A stretch of 63,237 bases of DNA, filler included, from Octopus bimaculoides (Eukaryota): NCBI RefSeq assembly GCF_001194135.2. It is 6 parts of 5 records of this genome, joined end to end, with 100 filler letters (N's around TTAATTAATTAA, not from the genome) between each part and the next. Parts side by side here need not be neighbours in the genome. Positions count along the whole stretch, not along the records: positions 23,478 to 47,902 come from NC_068990.1; positions 48,003 to 50,790 come from NC_068987.1; positions 50,891 to 55,953 come from NC_068992.1; 3 more parts are not named here. The stretch is one strand, 5' to 3'. The notes under the pieces are model-generated. The model saw nothing but the letters and a program-made list of their open reading frames with translations, ran no database searches and was not told the DNA's origin. Shown here piece after piece: positions 38,491 through 50,970 of this stretch (position 1 is the stretch's first letter; every line of letters begins with the position of its first letter). The translations under genes and the position numbers were made by a program.

Positions 38491-39466
38491 ATGTTTTGCC
38501 ATGCTATTCTGTGAATATGCTCATTTCAGGAAACTCAAAGGAGAACTCCTTGGAACGTTTGCCAAATGTTCACTATACCATTAACTTTAATTGGATTTGG
38601 AGGATGTATGTCAGTTTGTTTGGTTATTCCTTCAATAAACGCAGCATTTATAGATTTTTACATAAATCTTTTGTTACATAGCTCAGTACACTTAAGATTT
38701 TGAGTACAAATGAAATTATAACTTGGAAACACGTGACGTAACTTCTTCATTATTTTAACGTATTTTTTTACTTTTCGTAACTTTAGACAAGTCATTGATA
38801 TTCTCTACAGAGAATATCAATGACTTTACATCATTGCTAAGCTTTAATTTTCTATTTATTAAAGTATTATTAAGACTACCTCAAGTTGTATCCACCTCAA
38901 GATGCTGCTTTTTTTTTTTTTTCTTTTTCGAGAATGCTCCACCATTATTTCCTATCTTTAACGGTGTTAATAGATTCTGGTTCTAATGTCATCATGGTAT
39001 TATGACCATGAGAATCTTTCCTGCAAATAGCAATCTAAATGAATTTGGCAACAAAGTTTCCTCTTATGGGAAGGTGATACCTCGGGGATATTTTTGGACA
39101 ACTGAAGTGGATAAGTGTAGCATCTTTTACAGCATTAGGACATATCTGACACGTTCTGCTGCAATGTGTAAGATTAGAGGCACGATTATTTCTCTTCTAA
39201 TTCAGGCATTTAGTGGTTATCTCCCGTTCCTAAATAACGGAGACGTATTCTTTTAAGTGTTTTATGTTGTATTTGGGACAAGTCTAATGAAAGTTATGCC
39301 TATCAATATTACTGAGGATAACTATAGACAACAATTTCGAAACGTCCAACTTCTATATCCTGATTGCAAATTCACATTTATACCGATAATATTTTGTGTA
39401 TTTGGTTTTGAGAGGAAACGCCTGAATAACAGTCTGGATAAGGTATATATTTTCAGAAAAAGATAA
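38491..39466 (+). pseudogene. Intronless class A (rhodopsin-like) GPCR pseudogene
   Basis: Frame 1, 38515-38700: TM1/TM2-like (IPLTLIGFGGCMSVCLVI..FYINLLL). Frame 2, 38759-39466: 236 codons with only two internal TAA (38984, 39254), containing LFVTLDKSLIF (DRY position), APPLFP (TM4), IISLLIQAFSGYLPF (TM6) and FIPIIFCVFGF (TM7). Confidence 0.6.
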
Positions 39467-39706
39467 AACCCAACTAACACACACATTAAAAATACAATCT
39501 GTAAGTGGAACAGTAAAAATACGCTTGACTATTCGCAAGTTTAAAATGTGGCATTGTTCTTATTTACATTCCAATGTTGAAACTTCCTCAAAGAAAGAAT
39601 TTACCTAATTAAAAACAGACGAATATTCATAGAGACATACAAATATATCTATCTATCTATTTATCTATCTTTATATATGTGTGTGTATATATATGTATGT
39701 ATATGT

Positions 39707-39990
39707 GGAGGCGCAATGGCCCAGTGGTTAGGGCAGCGGACTCGAGGTCGGAGGACCGGGCGTTGTGAGTGTTTATTGAGCGAAAACACCTAAGCTCCAC
39801 GAGGCTCCGGCAGAGGGTGGTGGTGACCCCTGTTGTACTCTTTCGCCCCAACTTTCTCTCACTCTCTCTTCCTGTTTCTGGAGTAACGCTGCGATGGACT
39901 GGCGTCCCGTCCAGCTGGGGGGAACACATGCGCCATAGAAATCGGGAAACCGGACCCATGAGCCGGGCTAGGCTTTGAAAGGGCGACGTT
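39707..39990 (+). mobile_element. tRNA-derived SINE (head C, tail t2)
   Basis: ggcgcaatggcccagtggttagggcagcggactcg head is shared with 61392; tail contains gcgatggactggcgtcccgtccag. Confidence 0.8.
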
Positions 39991-40441
39991 TATCGTTTTT
40001 ATGTATGCATATATGTATATATAAACTATATATAATAGATATATGTATATACATATATATATATGCTTGTGGGTACATCTGTGTATATGTATAAATGAAA
40101 AAGATCTGCTTTCATCCTTCCTTTCTCTACCGATATTTGTCAGTGAGTGTGTGTGTACCTATGCATTGATAAATATATGTCAGTCCATGATTTGACGTCA
40201 TCCAAGAATTGTCTGTTTCATGAATAACTGAAAATTAGTTGTCTGCGTTGCAACATTAATCACCATTTTTCGGTTATTAAGGTCATAGGGGGCCGGAAAT
40301 GAACTGAAAATTATTTTTGACAAAAGGGCTGCTGTTTAAGGTTATATTGGTCGAATCACTTTAATTTCACAATATATTGCTTACGCTAAAATCACATAAC
40401 AAGAAAGACAGTGAAGTTCAGTGTGTATATATATACATACA

Positions 40442-40509
<68 letters not shown>

Positions 40510-40746
40510 CATATGTATGTATATATATATATGTATGTATATGTATGTATGTACGTATGTATGAATGCAGGTATGTATGTTTATATATGAATATATGTAT
40601 GTATATACACATATATGCATGTATGTTTGTGTATCCATGCATATGCATACAGGCGTTTGTGCATATATATAAATATGCATACATACATACATACATACAC
40701 ACATAGGTGTGTGTGCGTGTGTGTGTGTGTGTGTGTGCGTGTGTAT

Positions 40747-40838
<92 letters not shown>

Positions 40839-41534
40839 AGTTGCAGAGATTATCAGATAATCGAATTGTGTTTTTTTTAATTAAGATTTCTCACTATCGG
40901 TGTTTTAATTAAGAAAAACATATCCGACAAAACAGTAATGTTTGTGGTGCGAATGTTGTACCAAATTTATTTTAAATACATTTTTTGTTATCGGCTCAAT
41001 CACTATATTTGTGTTCTTCCTCATAGGAAGATCTAATTTAATTACATTTAAAAAAAAAACTGATTCTTTTCAATGTGTAATTAATAATAATCATAATGAA
41101 ATAATTCCAATCCTACATGAATAAACATCGGAATGTATTGGATATACAATAGCAATCTGGAATGCCTTAGTATTGCAAGATAAACCTTGCACCTAAAAAA
41201 AAATTACGGGGTGATTAAAGAATTAACACACGACTTATTAATCATTCGATGATCTGGACGTATTTATATTTCCCAATAATCGATACGTTCTTTAAATTTA
41301 CTTAAGTATTAATTGTAGAAAAAAATACTAGTTTATTATAAAATGTATTACTGAGAATTAAACTAATTACTATGTTCATTTGAATTAGAACTAACGGAAC
41401 AGGAAAAAAAAAAAAAACATAAGAATATTTTTTATAAAGAACATAAGGGCAAAACCTGCCCTATTACTGGTAAAACGAAGGTGTAACCAGGACGTATTAA
41501 GGATTATGTTTGCTGTATTTTATTGTTATTGTTG

Positions 41535-41579
<45 letters not shown>

Positions 41580-41581
<2 letters not shown>

Positions 41582-41785
41582 GCGACGAGCTGGCAGAATC
41601 GTTAGCACGCCGGGCGAAATGCTTAGCAGCACTACGCCCAACCTTACGTTCTGAGTTCAAATTCCACCGATGTCGACTTTGCCTTTTGGGATTGATAAAT
41701 TAAGTACCAGTGAAATACTGGCGTCGATGTAATCGACCTGTCCCCTCCTCACAAATTTCAGGCCTTTTACCTCCTGTAGAAAAGA

Positions 41786-41855
<70 letters not shown>

Positions 41856-42010
41856 AGCAGTGAGCTGGCAGAATCGTTAGCACACCGGGCTCAGCGGCAT
41901 TTCGTCCGTCTTTACGTTCTGCGTTCAAATTCCGCCGAGGTCGACTTTGTCTTTCATCTTTTCGGGGTCAACGAATTAAGTACCAGTTACTCACTGTGGT
42001 CGACTAATCA
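41580..42010 (+). mobile_element. Two tandem SINE-A copies, each preceded by (ATT)n
   Basis: Copies at about 41580-41790 and 41855-42010. Confidence 0.85.
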
Positions 42011-42329
42011 AAGCGTTATGGCGGAAACGACAAGATATTTTTATCGAGGTAGGATCTGCTGATTATGGTTGACACTGAACCACAAAATAGGCCATGAAAT
42101 TTCCAAGGAAACTGATTGTAAAGAAATATTGATGCGTTCACACACAAACACACACTCGCACAAACACATACACACACACATACATACACACTCACACACA
42201 CACAAATGTAAACATGAATCCTTTAGAGATCGATATAAAAGTTCAAGTCCAGAAAGGTGGACTGCGGAATTGCTAGAGCATTGAACGTATTGCTTTACAA
42301 TGTGTTCCGACTCACGAATAGAACTCTGG

Positions 42330-42640
42330 ATTTTTTAAAAACCTAGTACTATTTTATCGGTCACTTTTTGTCGAACCGTTACGTTACAGGGACGTAAACA
42401 CACTAACATTGATTGTTAAGTGGAAGTGGGGGACAAGCACAGACGTAAAGACACATGCATACATAGATATATACGAGGAGATTTCTTCAGTTTCCGTCTC
42501 CCAAATCCACTAAAAAGGCATTCGTGAGCCTGAGGCTATAGTAGAAGACACTTGCCCAAGGTGCTATGCAGTGGGACTGAACTCAGACCATGATGCTGGG
42601 AAGCAAGTTTCTTACTACACAGCCAAGCCTGCGCTTATAT
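42330..42640 (-). mobile_element. SINE-B
   Basis: Reverse-complement match to 8953-9368. Confidence 0.85.
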
Positions 42641-42944
42641 ATGTATTTTATATATGAATCTGAAAATTGCACTGCTCATTACTTTCGATGGTCCTCACAC
42701 TTATTAAGGAACTTTTTCATTAGAACCTCATTGAGTCAAAAGAACAGCAATGACAGAGGGTCTGAGTAAGACTACAAGGTGCAGAAGCTGCCAAAAGTCA
42801 ACAATACTAAACTTAAGAAACCTTAATAAAGGTCTCAGTTTCATCTTTAGGTTTGATGGCTGGATCTTGACACGTTGTGGTGTTCATCATTTTTTGTAAA
42901 CAGATATGATTCATTTGTCTTATACATACATATACACATACATG

Positions 42945-42977
<33 letters not shown>

Positions 42978-43375
42978 CGTGGGAATTTACAAAAAAAAAG
43001 ACGAAGACGGGCGTGTAAACAAGTAAACAACAAACATATGTATTAGTTTAACGCGCGGGAAGCGAGAAAGTCTTTTACGTTTCGAGGCTACGCTCTTCGA
43101 CAGAAAGGAACACAGAAGTAAACAGGGAGAGAAAATAGAAAAATTTTAGTGGCTAGCAAATTTTCATGGCGATATATATATATATATATATNNNNNNNNN
43201 NNNNNNNNNNNNNNNNNNNNNNNNNNNNNNNNNNNNNNNNNNNNNNNNNNNNNNNNNNNNNNNNNNNNNNNNNNNNNNNNNNNNNNNNNNNNNNNNNNNN
43301 NNNNNNNNNNNNNNNNNNNNNNNNNNNNNNNNNNNNNNNNNNNNNNNNNNNNNNNNNNNNNNNNNNNNNNNNNNN

Positions 43376-43717
43376 CCAACACTGTCTGTTTTTTATGTTT
43401 TATTTATATTCCTGCAGAACTAATGTGGAGTATAGAATATGGAATATACAATATATAATATATAATATACAATATACAATATAAAATAAAATAAAATAAA
43501 ATAAAAATGGATGGCACCATGAAAGCGAGTTTCAGGGCTATTTCCCTTCGTCATGGCCGGTATGACAGACTTTAACAGACTGTCCATTTTTATTTTATTT
43601 TATTTTATTTTATATTGTATATTGTATATTATATATTATATATTGTATATTCCATATTCTATACCCCACATTAGTTCTGCAGGAATATAAATAAAACATA
43701 AAAACAGACAGTGTTGG
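43376..43717. repeat. Near-perfect inverted repeat, arms about 135 bp, spacer about 71 bp
   Basis: 43376-43511 is the reverse complement of 43583-43717 with one substitution and one indel; the left arm starts at a gap edge. Confidence 0.9.
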
Positions 43718-44257
43718 AATTCTTTTAAACAAAATAATATATATATGAATGAGTGGACACACAAAAGAAGGGCACTCAACAACTTCATTGGAAGTTAAAT
43801 GTATATATAAATGTATTTATACGTTTATGCATTTGTTTTGCAAGATTCCTGATGTGAAATCGAGTGTTAAAACATTTTTATATATCGGGATTGTTATATT
43901 TTTATTACAAAATAACCACACGCACTGTATACTCGTCCTTTACTACAGCTCCATTGTTTTTCTTATTTAAGGAGAATGGATTAAACAGGACAGGGGAGGA
44001 AAAACGTGGAATGGAGAGTCATTGAAGTGGTCACAAGATGTGTGACGAAAGAATACAGATAATGGACACTAAAATAAGAATAAAAATAAAGCTGAAGTAA
44101 GGAATGAGTATATAGTGCGTGTGGTATATTTGTAAAAAAGAAAGATAAAAAATGACCATCCCGAAAGCAAGAAATATATATATATACACACAAACTGGAT
44201 GTTACGTCTTCAAAAACACAAACGCATATTATCACACGCGCGTGCGAACCGTCTACT

Positions 44258-44322
<65 letters not shown>

Positions 44323-45599
44323 CTCTCTCTCACTCTCTCACTCTCTTTCTATCTATCACTGTCTCTTTCTCTCACCGTCCCATATTTTCTTTTAATTTCT
44401 CTTTCTCCCTTGTCCTGTCATTTTCATGTCTCATTTCACCTCTCTTTCCCTCTCTCTCCCTTCCTCCCCCCTCTCTCTCTTTCCCTCCTTATCTTTCTCT
44501 ATTCAGTTGTCTCATCACTTGTTCGACGCTCTTTAACAATTAGCCATTTCATTGTGATTCTCACAATCAGATCTCTTCGCTAAAAATTGAAGCCATTATG
44601 AAAAAGACAGATTGAACTTGTGAGTTGAATTTCATACTACAAGGGAGCGTTTTCTACATGTAATGAAATACAACTTGCAGATCATTATTTAGACTCCTTA
44701 GACTGGTCAGTTTTGCAAAGTCGCATTCTTTTTGGCAGAATGCTAGATAAATCAAATTAGATACTTTTTCGGCCTAAAAGCAAAGTCTAAAGGCTTGTGG
44801 TAGCTGTAAAGGCGGTAACGGCGGTGGAGACGATAGAAGCAGAGCCGGCAACAACAGGCTGGAAGACAGAACGGTATTCTAGCTAGTAGTGGTTCTTTTG
44901 TTGCGGCAGCTGTCAGTATAGCTTTCTTCTTAAGTGTCATTGACAGCAGATGGAGAGAGAAAAGCCAATGGACATATTCAAATAGAAGATAGAGATAAGT
45001 GTTAAGTAATAACGACTGAAGGCTAGCTTGGATTGTTTCTCTGGAGTAGGCCACGTCCGGTGAGATAATTCTAGTTAGAGAGAAATAGATAGTTGAAACC
45101 ATGGAACTGAAGAGACAGAGGTGTTGGGGCACTGGTGGTGGTCTTGCTGGTGTTGGTGGTTGCGGCGGTGGTAGCGCCGGCGTTAGTGGTAATCGCGGCG
45201 CTAATAGCACTGTTTGGAGATAGGCGTTGTATCGTTGGAAGGAGATGGGGGTTGTTGCTGGTTACCTTTGTACTGTACATTGATCAATCTACCTTCAAGT
45301 GCATAAATACTTACATAGATCATTGCATTCGTTCAGGTATACATGCGTACACACTTTCAAACGTGTAAGCAACACACATACACACACACACACACACACA
45401 CAAATATGTATGTGTGTGCATATATATATAGAGATATAGACATAGATAGAGAGATAGATATGTGTGTGGATGGGTGGGTATAGATGTATGTATACATATA
45501 TAAGTATATACACGTATATCAGACTTACATATATGCGTCTGTGTGCATGTGTTTGTGTATAATTACAAAGGCTATACAGTCTGATGGGTTGATATCATC

Positions 45600-46090
45600 T
45601 GAACAATTTGCCAAGACTGCCTCATAATGGATGAAAAGAAATTTTTGTTTAACATGTCAAACATGCCGCCAACGTTGGTTTTGAAAATTTCGCTTCGAGA
45701 GCGGAAACACACAGAAGTACGGGTGAAGAGGGCATATCGTTGGTTGGAAAGTCTATTGACGATAAACTATATCACGAATAGCATCGTGTGTAATGCTTAA
45801 TGAAGGGGATATAAGACGTGAAAAGAATGGCGTTTTAGAAAATGCGTAATATTTACTGTCATTGTTGTAATTAAGCTGTACTCACGTTGATAGGAGATCA
45901 GCTGAGCGAGTGGATAAGATGGCAGCCTACCGACTCCGTGGTCGACCTTTCGTATTGCATCGGATCTCGATCGATGTTGCCATGCGTCTACAGCCAGTAT
46001 ATTTAATTTCAGCGGTTTGATGACTCACGAAGATTGTATACATACCCTGGTGGGAGGACTGCTATTGCGCGCTTAACGAATTATTTTGGT
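45600..46090. promoter_or_regulatory. CpG-retaining promoter-like / first-exon-like region
   Basis: Non-repeat, CpG-rich; YY1-like AAGATGGC at 45916-45923; minus-strand donors AAC|gtgagt (45885), TC|gtgagt (46028) and AGG|gtatgt (46045). Confidence 0.35.
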
Positions 46091-46955
46091 ATTTTGCAAT
46101 GAATAAAACTTGTGAAAATATATGACCTCCACCTAATTGATACACCCTTGGTAGATGGCAAGAAAACGAGGTTTTAATGAATTCCCAACCTTCTCAATAG
46201 TTTGGGGAACTCAAATATTCTAAAAGAAAATTGTTGAATGATTATAAATACCTATCCAGAATGGATGGTGAACTACCTAGTGAGGCGCTTATATCAGGTT
46301 TGTTGCATTATTTTAGTACTCAACAGAAACATTTAAAAATAATTTTTAACCATTATGGTAACTTATAAGTCACACTTTAAAGAAAATAGCACACGTTTTT
46401 CATTTCCGATTATACGACGAAAAGTAGGGAAAAGCTCCCTATAACTAATTCAAGCCACTTTTGATGTTCCTCACATTTATTAGGGGTTTTGAGTAAGACT
46501 ACAAGGTGCAGAAGCTGCCAATAGTCAGAAGTATTAAACTCAGAAAATCTTAATAAAGATTTCAGTTTATTTTCAGGTTTGACAGCTGGACCTTGACACT
46601 TTGTGGTGTTCATTCAATTTTGTAAGCAGGTATGATTCATTTGTCTTATTATGGTGTCCATCCACCTTCTTCATACAAAAGTGTGAAACTCTAAATCGAT
46701 GTTTCCGGATTAGTCCCCGGAGGCCTGACCTTGGAACAGATAGTATTAGTCTAATATTGGAAATTATTTAGTGAGCGTGTGTGTATGTAGAACAAGTGTG
46801 TTTGGTGGTGCTTAGGCAAGTCCATGCCATACGAAAGGAATTAATTGAACACATCACTATTAATAATAAACGTATCATTTACTAGTCCTAAGCACGTTAT
46901 CCTCAAGAAGGAAATTGAAACCCTTAATAAATTTTAATATTCGTTTCTACTATAG

Positions 46956-47478
46956 GCACAAGGCCCGAAATTTGGTGGGAAGGGGCCCAGTCGATTAGAT
47001 CGACTTCATTACGCAACTAGTACTTAATCCAACGACCCCGAAAGGAAAGTCGGCCTCGGCGGAATTTGAACTCAGAACGGAAAGACAGACGAAATACCGC
47101 TAAGTATTTCGCCCAGGCGTGCTAACGATTCTGCCAGCTCGCCGCCTTGCTACTTTTAATTATTATATAGGCTAGAAGCCTAAACTCCAAATCTCCTCAC
47201 GACAAACGATATGTTTTTAACTGTTATTTTATTTTTGTTTTATATTATAATTATTTTAGTTGTTTATTAAGGCAGCAAACGGGCAGAATCGTTGACTCGA
47301 CGGACGAAATGCTTCGTGGAATTTCGTCCGTCCTTACATTCTGAGTTCAAATTACTCGGAGGTCGACTTAGCTTTTCATTCTTTCAGAGTCAATAAATTA
47401 AGCACCAGTTACGCACTGGTTTTGGTGTAATTGGCTTAACCCTTCCCCCAAAATTTCAGGCCTTGCGCCTGTATAGGG
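46956..47478. mobile_element. Head-to-head inverted SINE-A pair
   Basis: Minus copy 46956-47148, plus copy 47269-47478, spacer about 120 bp. Confidence 0.85.
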
Positions 47479-47853
47479 AAGGATTATTTTAGTTGTTTAG
47501 TATTATTTTTTTCCGACTCAGAACACCATTCAAGATCTCAGAAACTGTTCCTATGTAATTTGAAAGGACTATACAAGCCGGTATTTAACTACAAAGACCG
47601 TTTACTATTTTGGTAGTAACAATGAAGTGAGCAATCTGCAACATCCGTACAGAGAACTGGAGAAAAATGAACAACGAAAGAAGTAATAGGAATTCCTTAA
47701 AAGTTAGTTTCTAAGTAATTTTAAAATTGTTGATTACATGATACGTTGTTATATTGAGTTATTTATTCAATTTAGTACATAGTAAAAAATATATGAGACA
47801 GCATAAATTATAGCGGACTGCATGTTGATTTATACATACATACATACATATAT

Positions 47854-47902
<49 letters not shown>

Positions 47903-48002
47903 NNNNNNNNNNNNNNNNNNNNNNNNNNNNNNNNNNNNNNNNNNNNTTAATTAATTAANNNNNNNNNNNNNNNNNNNNNNNNNNNNNNNNNNNNNNNNNN
48001 NN

Positions 48003-48059
<57 letters not shown>

Positions 48060-48063
<4 letters not shown>

Positions 48064-50720
48064 AAATCATGGTATGATATGTCACAAGCCGCGAGACCTT
48101 GGCAAGCTAGTAAATTGAGAGAGTGGCTGCATGACAACCCCAAAAGATAGGAGTCGAGCAGTTGCAACCAATGCTACCCTCTCTGAGGAAACAAATTCTA
48201 AGTAGCGTCCCGGGGGAACTGTCTCGGAGCTATTACTGTTTATAATATCTCTTTCAGACATGCCGATGGTCACGCAGACGGCTACTGTCACTAGCTACGC
48301 CGATGATACAAAATTATTACAGGCAATAAAGCATCCAGATAATGTCGCAAGCTTACAGGGGGAACTGAATGCAATAAATAAGTGAGCTGAAGTAAACAAC
48401 ATGCAGTTTAATGCTGGAAAATTTAAAGCACTGCGCTATCAGCTTACAATTGTACCGCAGCCTGCATATACAGGACCCAGAGTCACTACAATCCCAGAGT
48501 CACTACAATCCCAGAGTTACTACAATCCCAGAGTCGTAGGCAGCTAGAGATTTGGAGATCAGTATTCTCTCTTTTACTCTCTTTTACTTGTTTCAGTCAT
48601 TTGACTGCGGCCATCCTGGAGCACCGCTTTTAGTAGAGTAAATCAACCCCAGGACTTATTCTTTGTAAGTCTAGTACTTATTCTATCGGTCTCTTTTGCC
48701 GAACCACTAAGTTACGGGGACGTAAACACACCACCATCGGTTGTCAAGTGATGTTGGGGGGATAAACACAGACACACAANNNNNNNNNNNNNNNNNNNNN
48801 NNNNNNNNNNNNNNNNNNNNNNNNNNNNNNNNNNNNNNNNNNNNNNNNNNNNNNNNNNNNNNNNNNNNNNNNNNNNNNNNNNNNNNNNNNNNNNNNNNNN
48901 NNNNNNNNNNNNNNNNNNNNNNNNNNNNNNNNNNNNNNNNNNNNNNNNNNNNNNNNNNNNNNNNNNNNNNNNNNNNNNNNNNNNNNNNNNNNNNNNNNNN
49001 NNNNNNNNNNNNNNNNNNNNNNNNNNNNNNNNNNNNNNNNNNNNNNNNNNNNNNNNNNNNNNNNNNNNNNNNNNNNNNNNNNNNNNNNNNNNNNNNNNNN
49101 NNNNNNNNNNNNNNNNNNNNNNNNNNNNNNNNNNNNNNNNNNNNNNNNNNNNNNNNNNNNNNNNNNNNNNNNNNNNNNNNNNNNNNNNNNNNNNNNTGAG
49201 GAAGACGTTAAGAAATTTATCGGCCAGTAAGTTCAAAATCTCTCGCCCTAATGAATTTCAATTCAGTGTGTATCAGAAATAGTCCCGCTTAGGAAAGAGA
49301 CTCGTACGAATTCCTGCGGTATAACCATCCACCTTAGAGTTATTATTAAAATATAGATATGCAGGGCAGGGAATCATCAATTAGTAATAAAATTAATAAT
49401 TAACAATTCTGCCGGGTAGCTCAATATGACGAACTTCTTTCAGTTTCCGTCTACCAAATCCACTCACAAGGCATTGGTCGGCCCGAGGCTATAGTAGAAG
49501 ACACTTGCCCAAGGTGCCACGCAGTGGGAATGAACCCAGAACCATGTGGTTGGTAAGCAAGCTACTTACCACACAGCCACTCCTGCGCCCACTTGTATGT
49601 GTAATGATCCATCATTTAATATGCACATTACTAAGATAGCAACAATGTGCATACAACTGGCAGGATCGATGCTAAGGTCTTTCAAGATAAGAGACCAAGA
49701 AGGTATGGTGACCCTGTGGAGGGCCTTTGTTCTCAGTCACCTGGACCACTGCTCTCAGCTATGGTAACCTCATAATGCCAAACTAACGGCGGAGCTTGAA
49801 GCGGTCAAATGTCACGATACTAAAAATATTGTCACAGTGCAGCAGATGCGCTGCAGGGAGAGGCTGAAAAAATACGACTTTACTCCCAGGAGCAAAGACG
49901 GGACGGATATGCAATATCTACATATGGAAGAGCTAGCACCTAACTTCGGCATCAAGTGTGAATTTGTCTGTGTTAATTGCCCGAATTGGACGCTGTTGTA
50001 TTGCACCTATGGTATTGTCCCCTCTATCTAAATTCAGGACCAGGTACTGCAAAAGCTTATGGTTCAAAGGCCCACAGCTCTTCAATACCCTGTCACAAAA
50101 GTTTAGAAACCTGATCGTCAGTCATTTTGTAAAGGCGCATGGGTCGGTGGTTTGAGAGTCGGGCTCACAATCATGAGATAGTGAGTTCCATTTCCTGTCC
50201 GGGCTGTGTGTTTTGTACTTGAACAAGACACTTTATTTCACGTTGATCCAGTTCACTCAGCTGTTGAAATGAGTTGCGACGTCACTGGTGCCAAGTCGTA
50301 TCGGCCCCTTTGTCCTTTCCTTTGGATAACATAAGTGGTGTGGAGAGGGGAGGCTGATATGCATGGGCGACTGCTGATCTTCCTTAAACAACATTGCTCG
50401 GACTTGTCCCACGGTCATTCATGACCAAAGGGGATCTTTACACAATGTGGACGTGAATGTCTTCAAAAAGAACTAGACATTCTCCTCTCCACAATACTGG
50501 ATGAATCAACGGCCCGGCATGAAGAACAGATGAGGGCAGCGGTGTCAAACTCCCTCATACACCAAAAGGGCCAACAGGAGAGCAAAGACACATACAGGGG
50601 TGGTGATGTGAAATTCTGCCAGCCTAAAGAAATCAGCCAAAGAAGAAATGTACCTAAAGGTACAAAATCACAGTGATGCCCCTACATCAGTGCAGCTGCA
50701 TAGCTGAAACGAATAAAAGA
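48060..50720 (+). mobile_element. CR1-like LINE 3' half interrupted by SINE insertions and a gap
   Basis: GVPGGTVSELLLFII..SYADDTK near 48200-48310; LWRAFVLSHLDHCSQLW near 49710-49765; WFKGPQLFN near 50060-50085; DVNVFKK near 50450. SINE-B at 48560-48779 and 49425-49590, head-D SINE at 50127-50440. Confidence 0.8.
48476..48535 (+). repeat. 17-bp tandem repeat, about 3.5 units (cccagagtcactacaat)
   Basis: Units read directly; lies inside the CR1-like remnant next to a SINE insertion. Confidence 0.9.
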
Positions 50721-50731
50721 ATTTGTTTGTG

Positions 50732-50790
<59 letters not shown>

Positions 50791-50890
50791 NNNNNNNNNN
50801 NNNNNNNNNNNNNNNNNNNNNNNNNNNNNNNNNNTTAATTAATTAANNNNNNNNNNNNNNNNNNNNNNNNNNNNNNNNNNNNNNNNNNNN

Positions 50891-50970
<80 letters not shown>

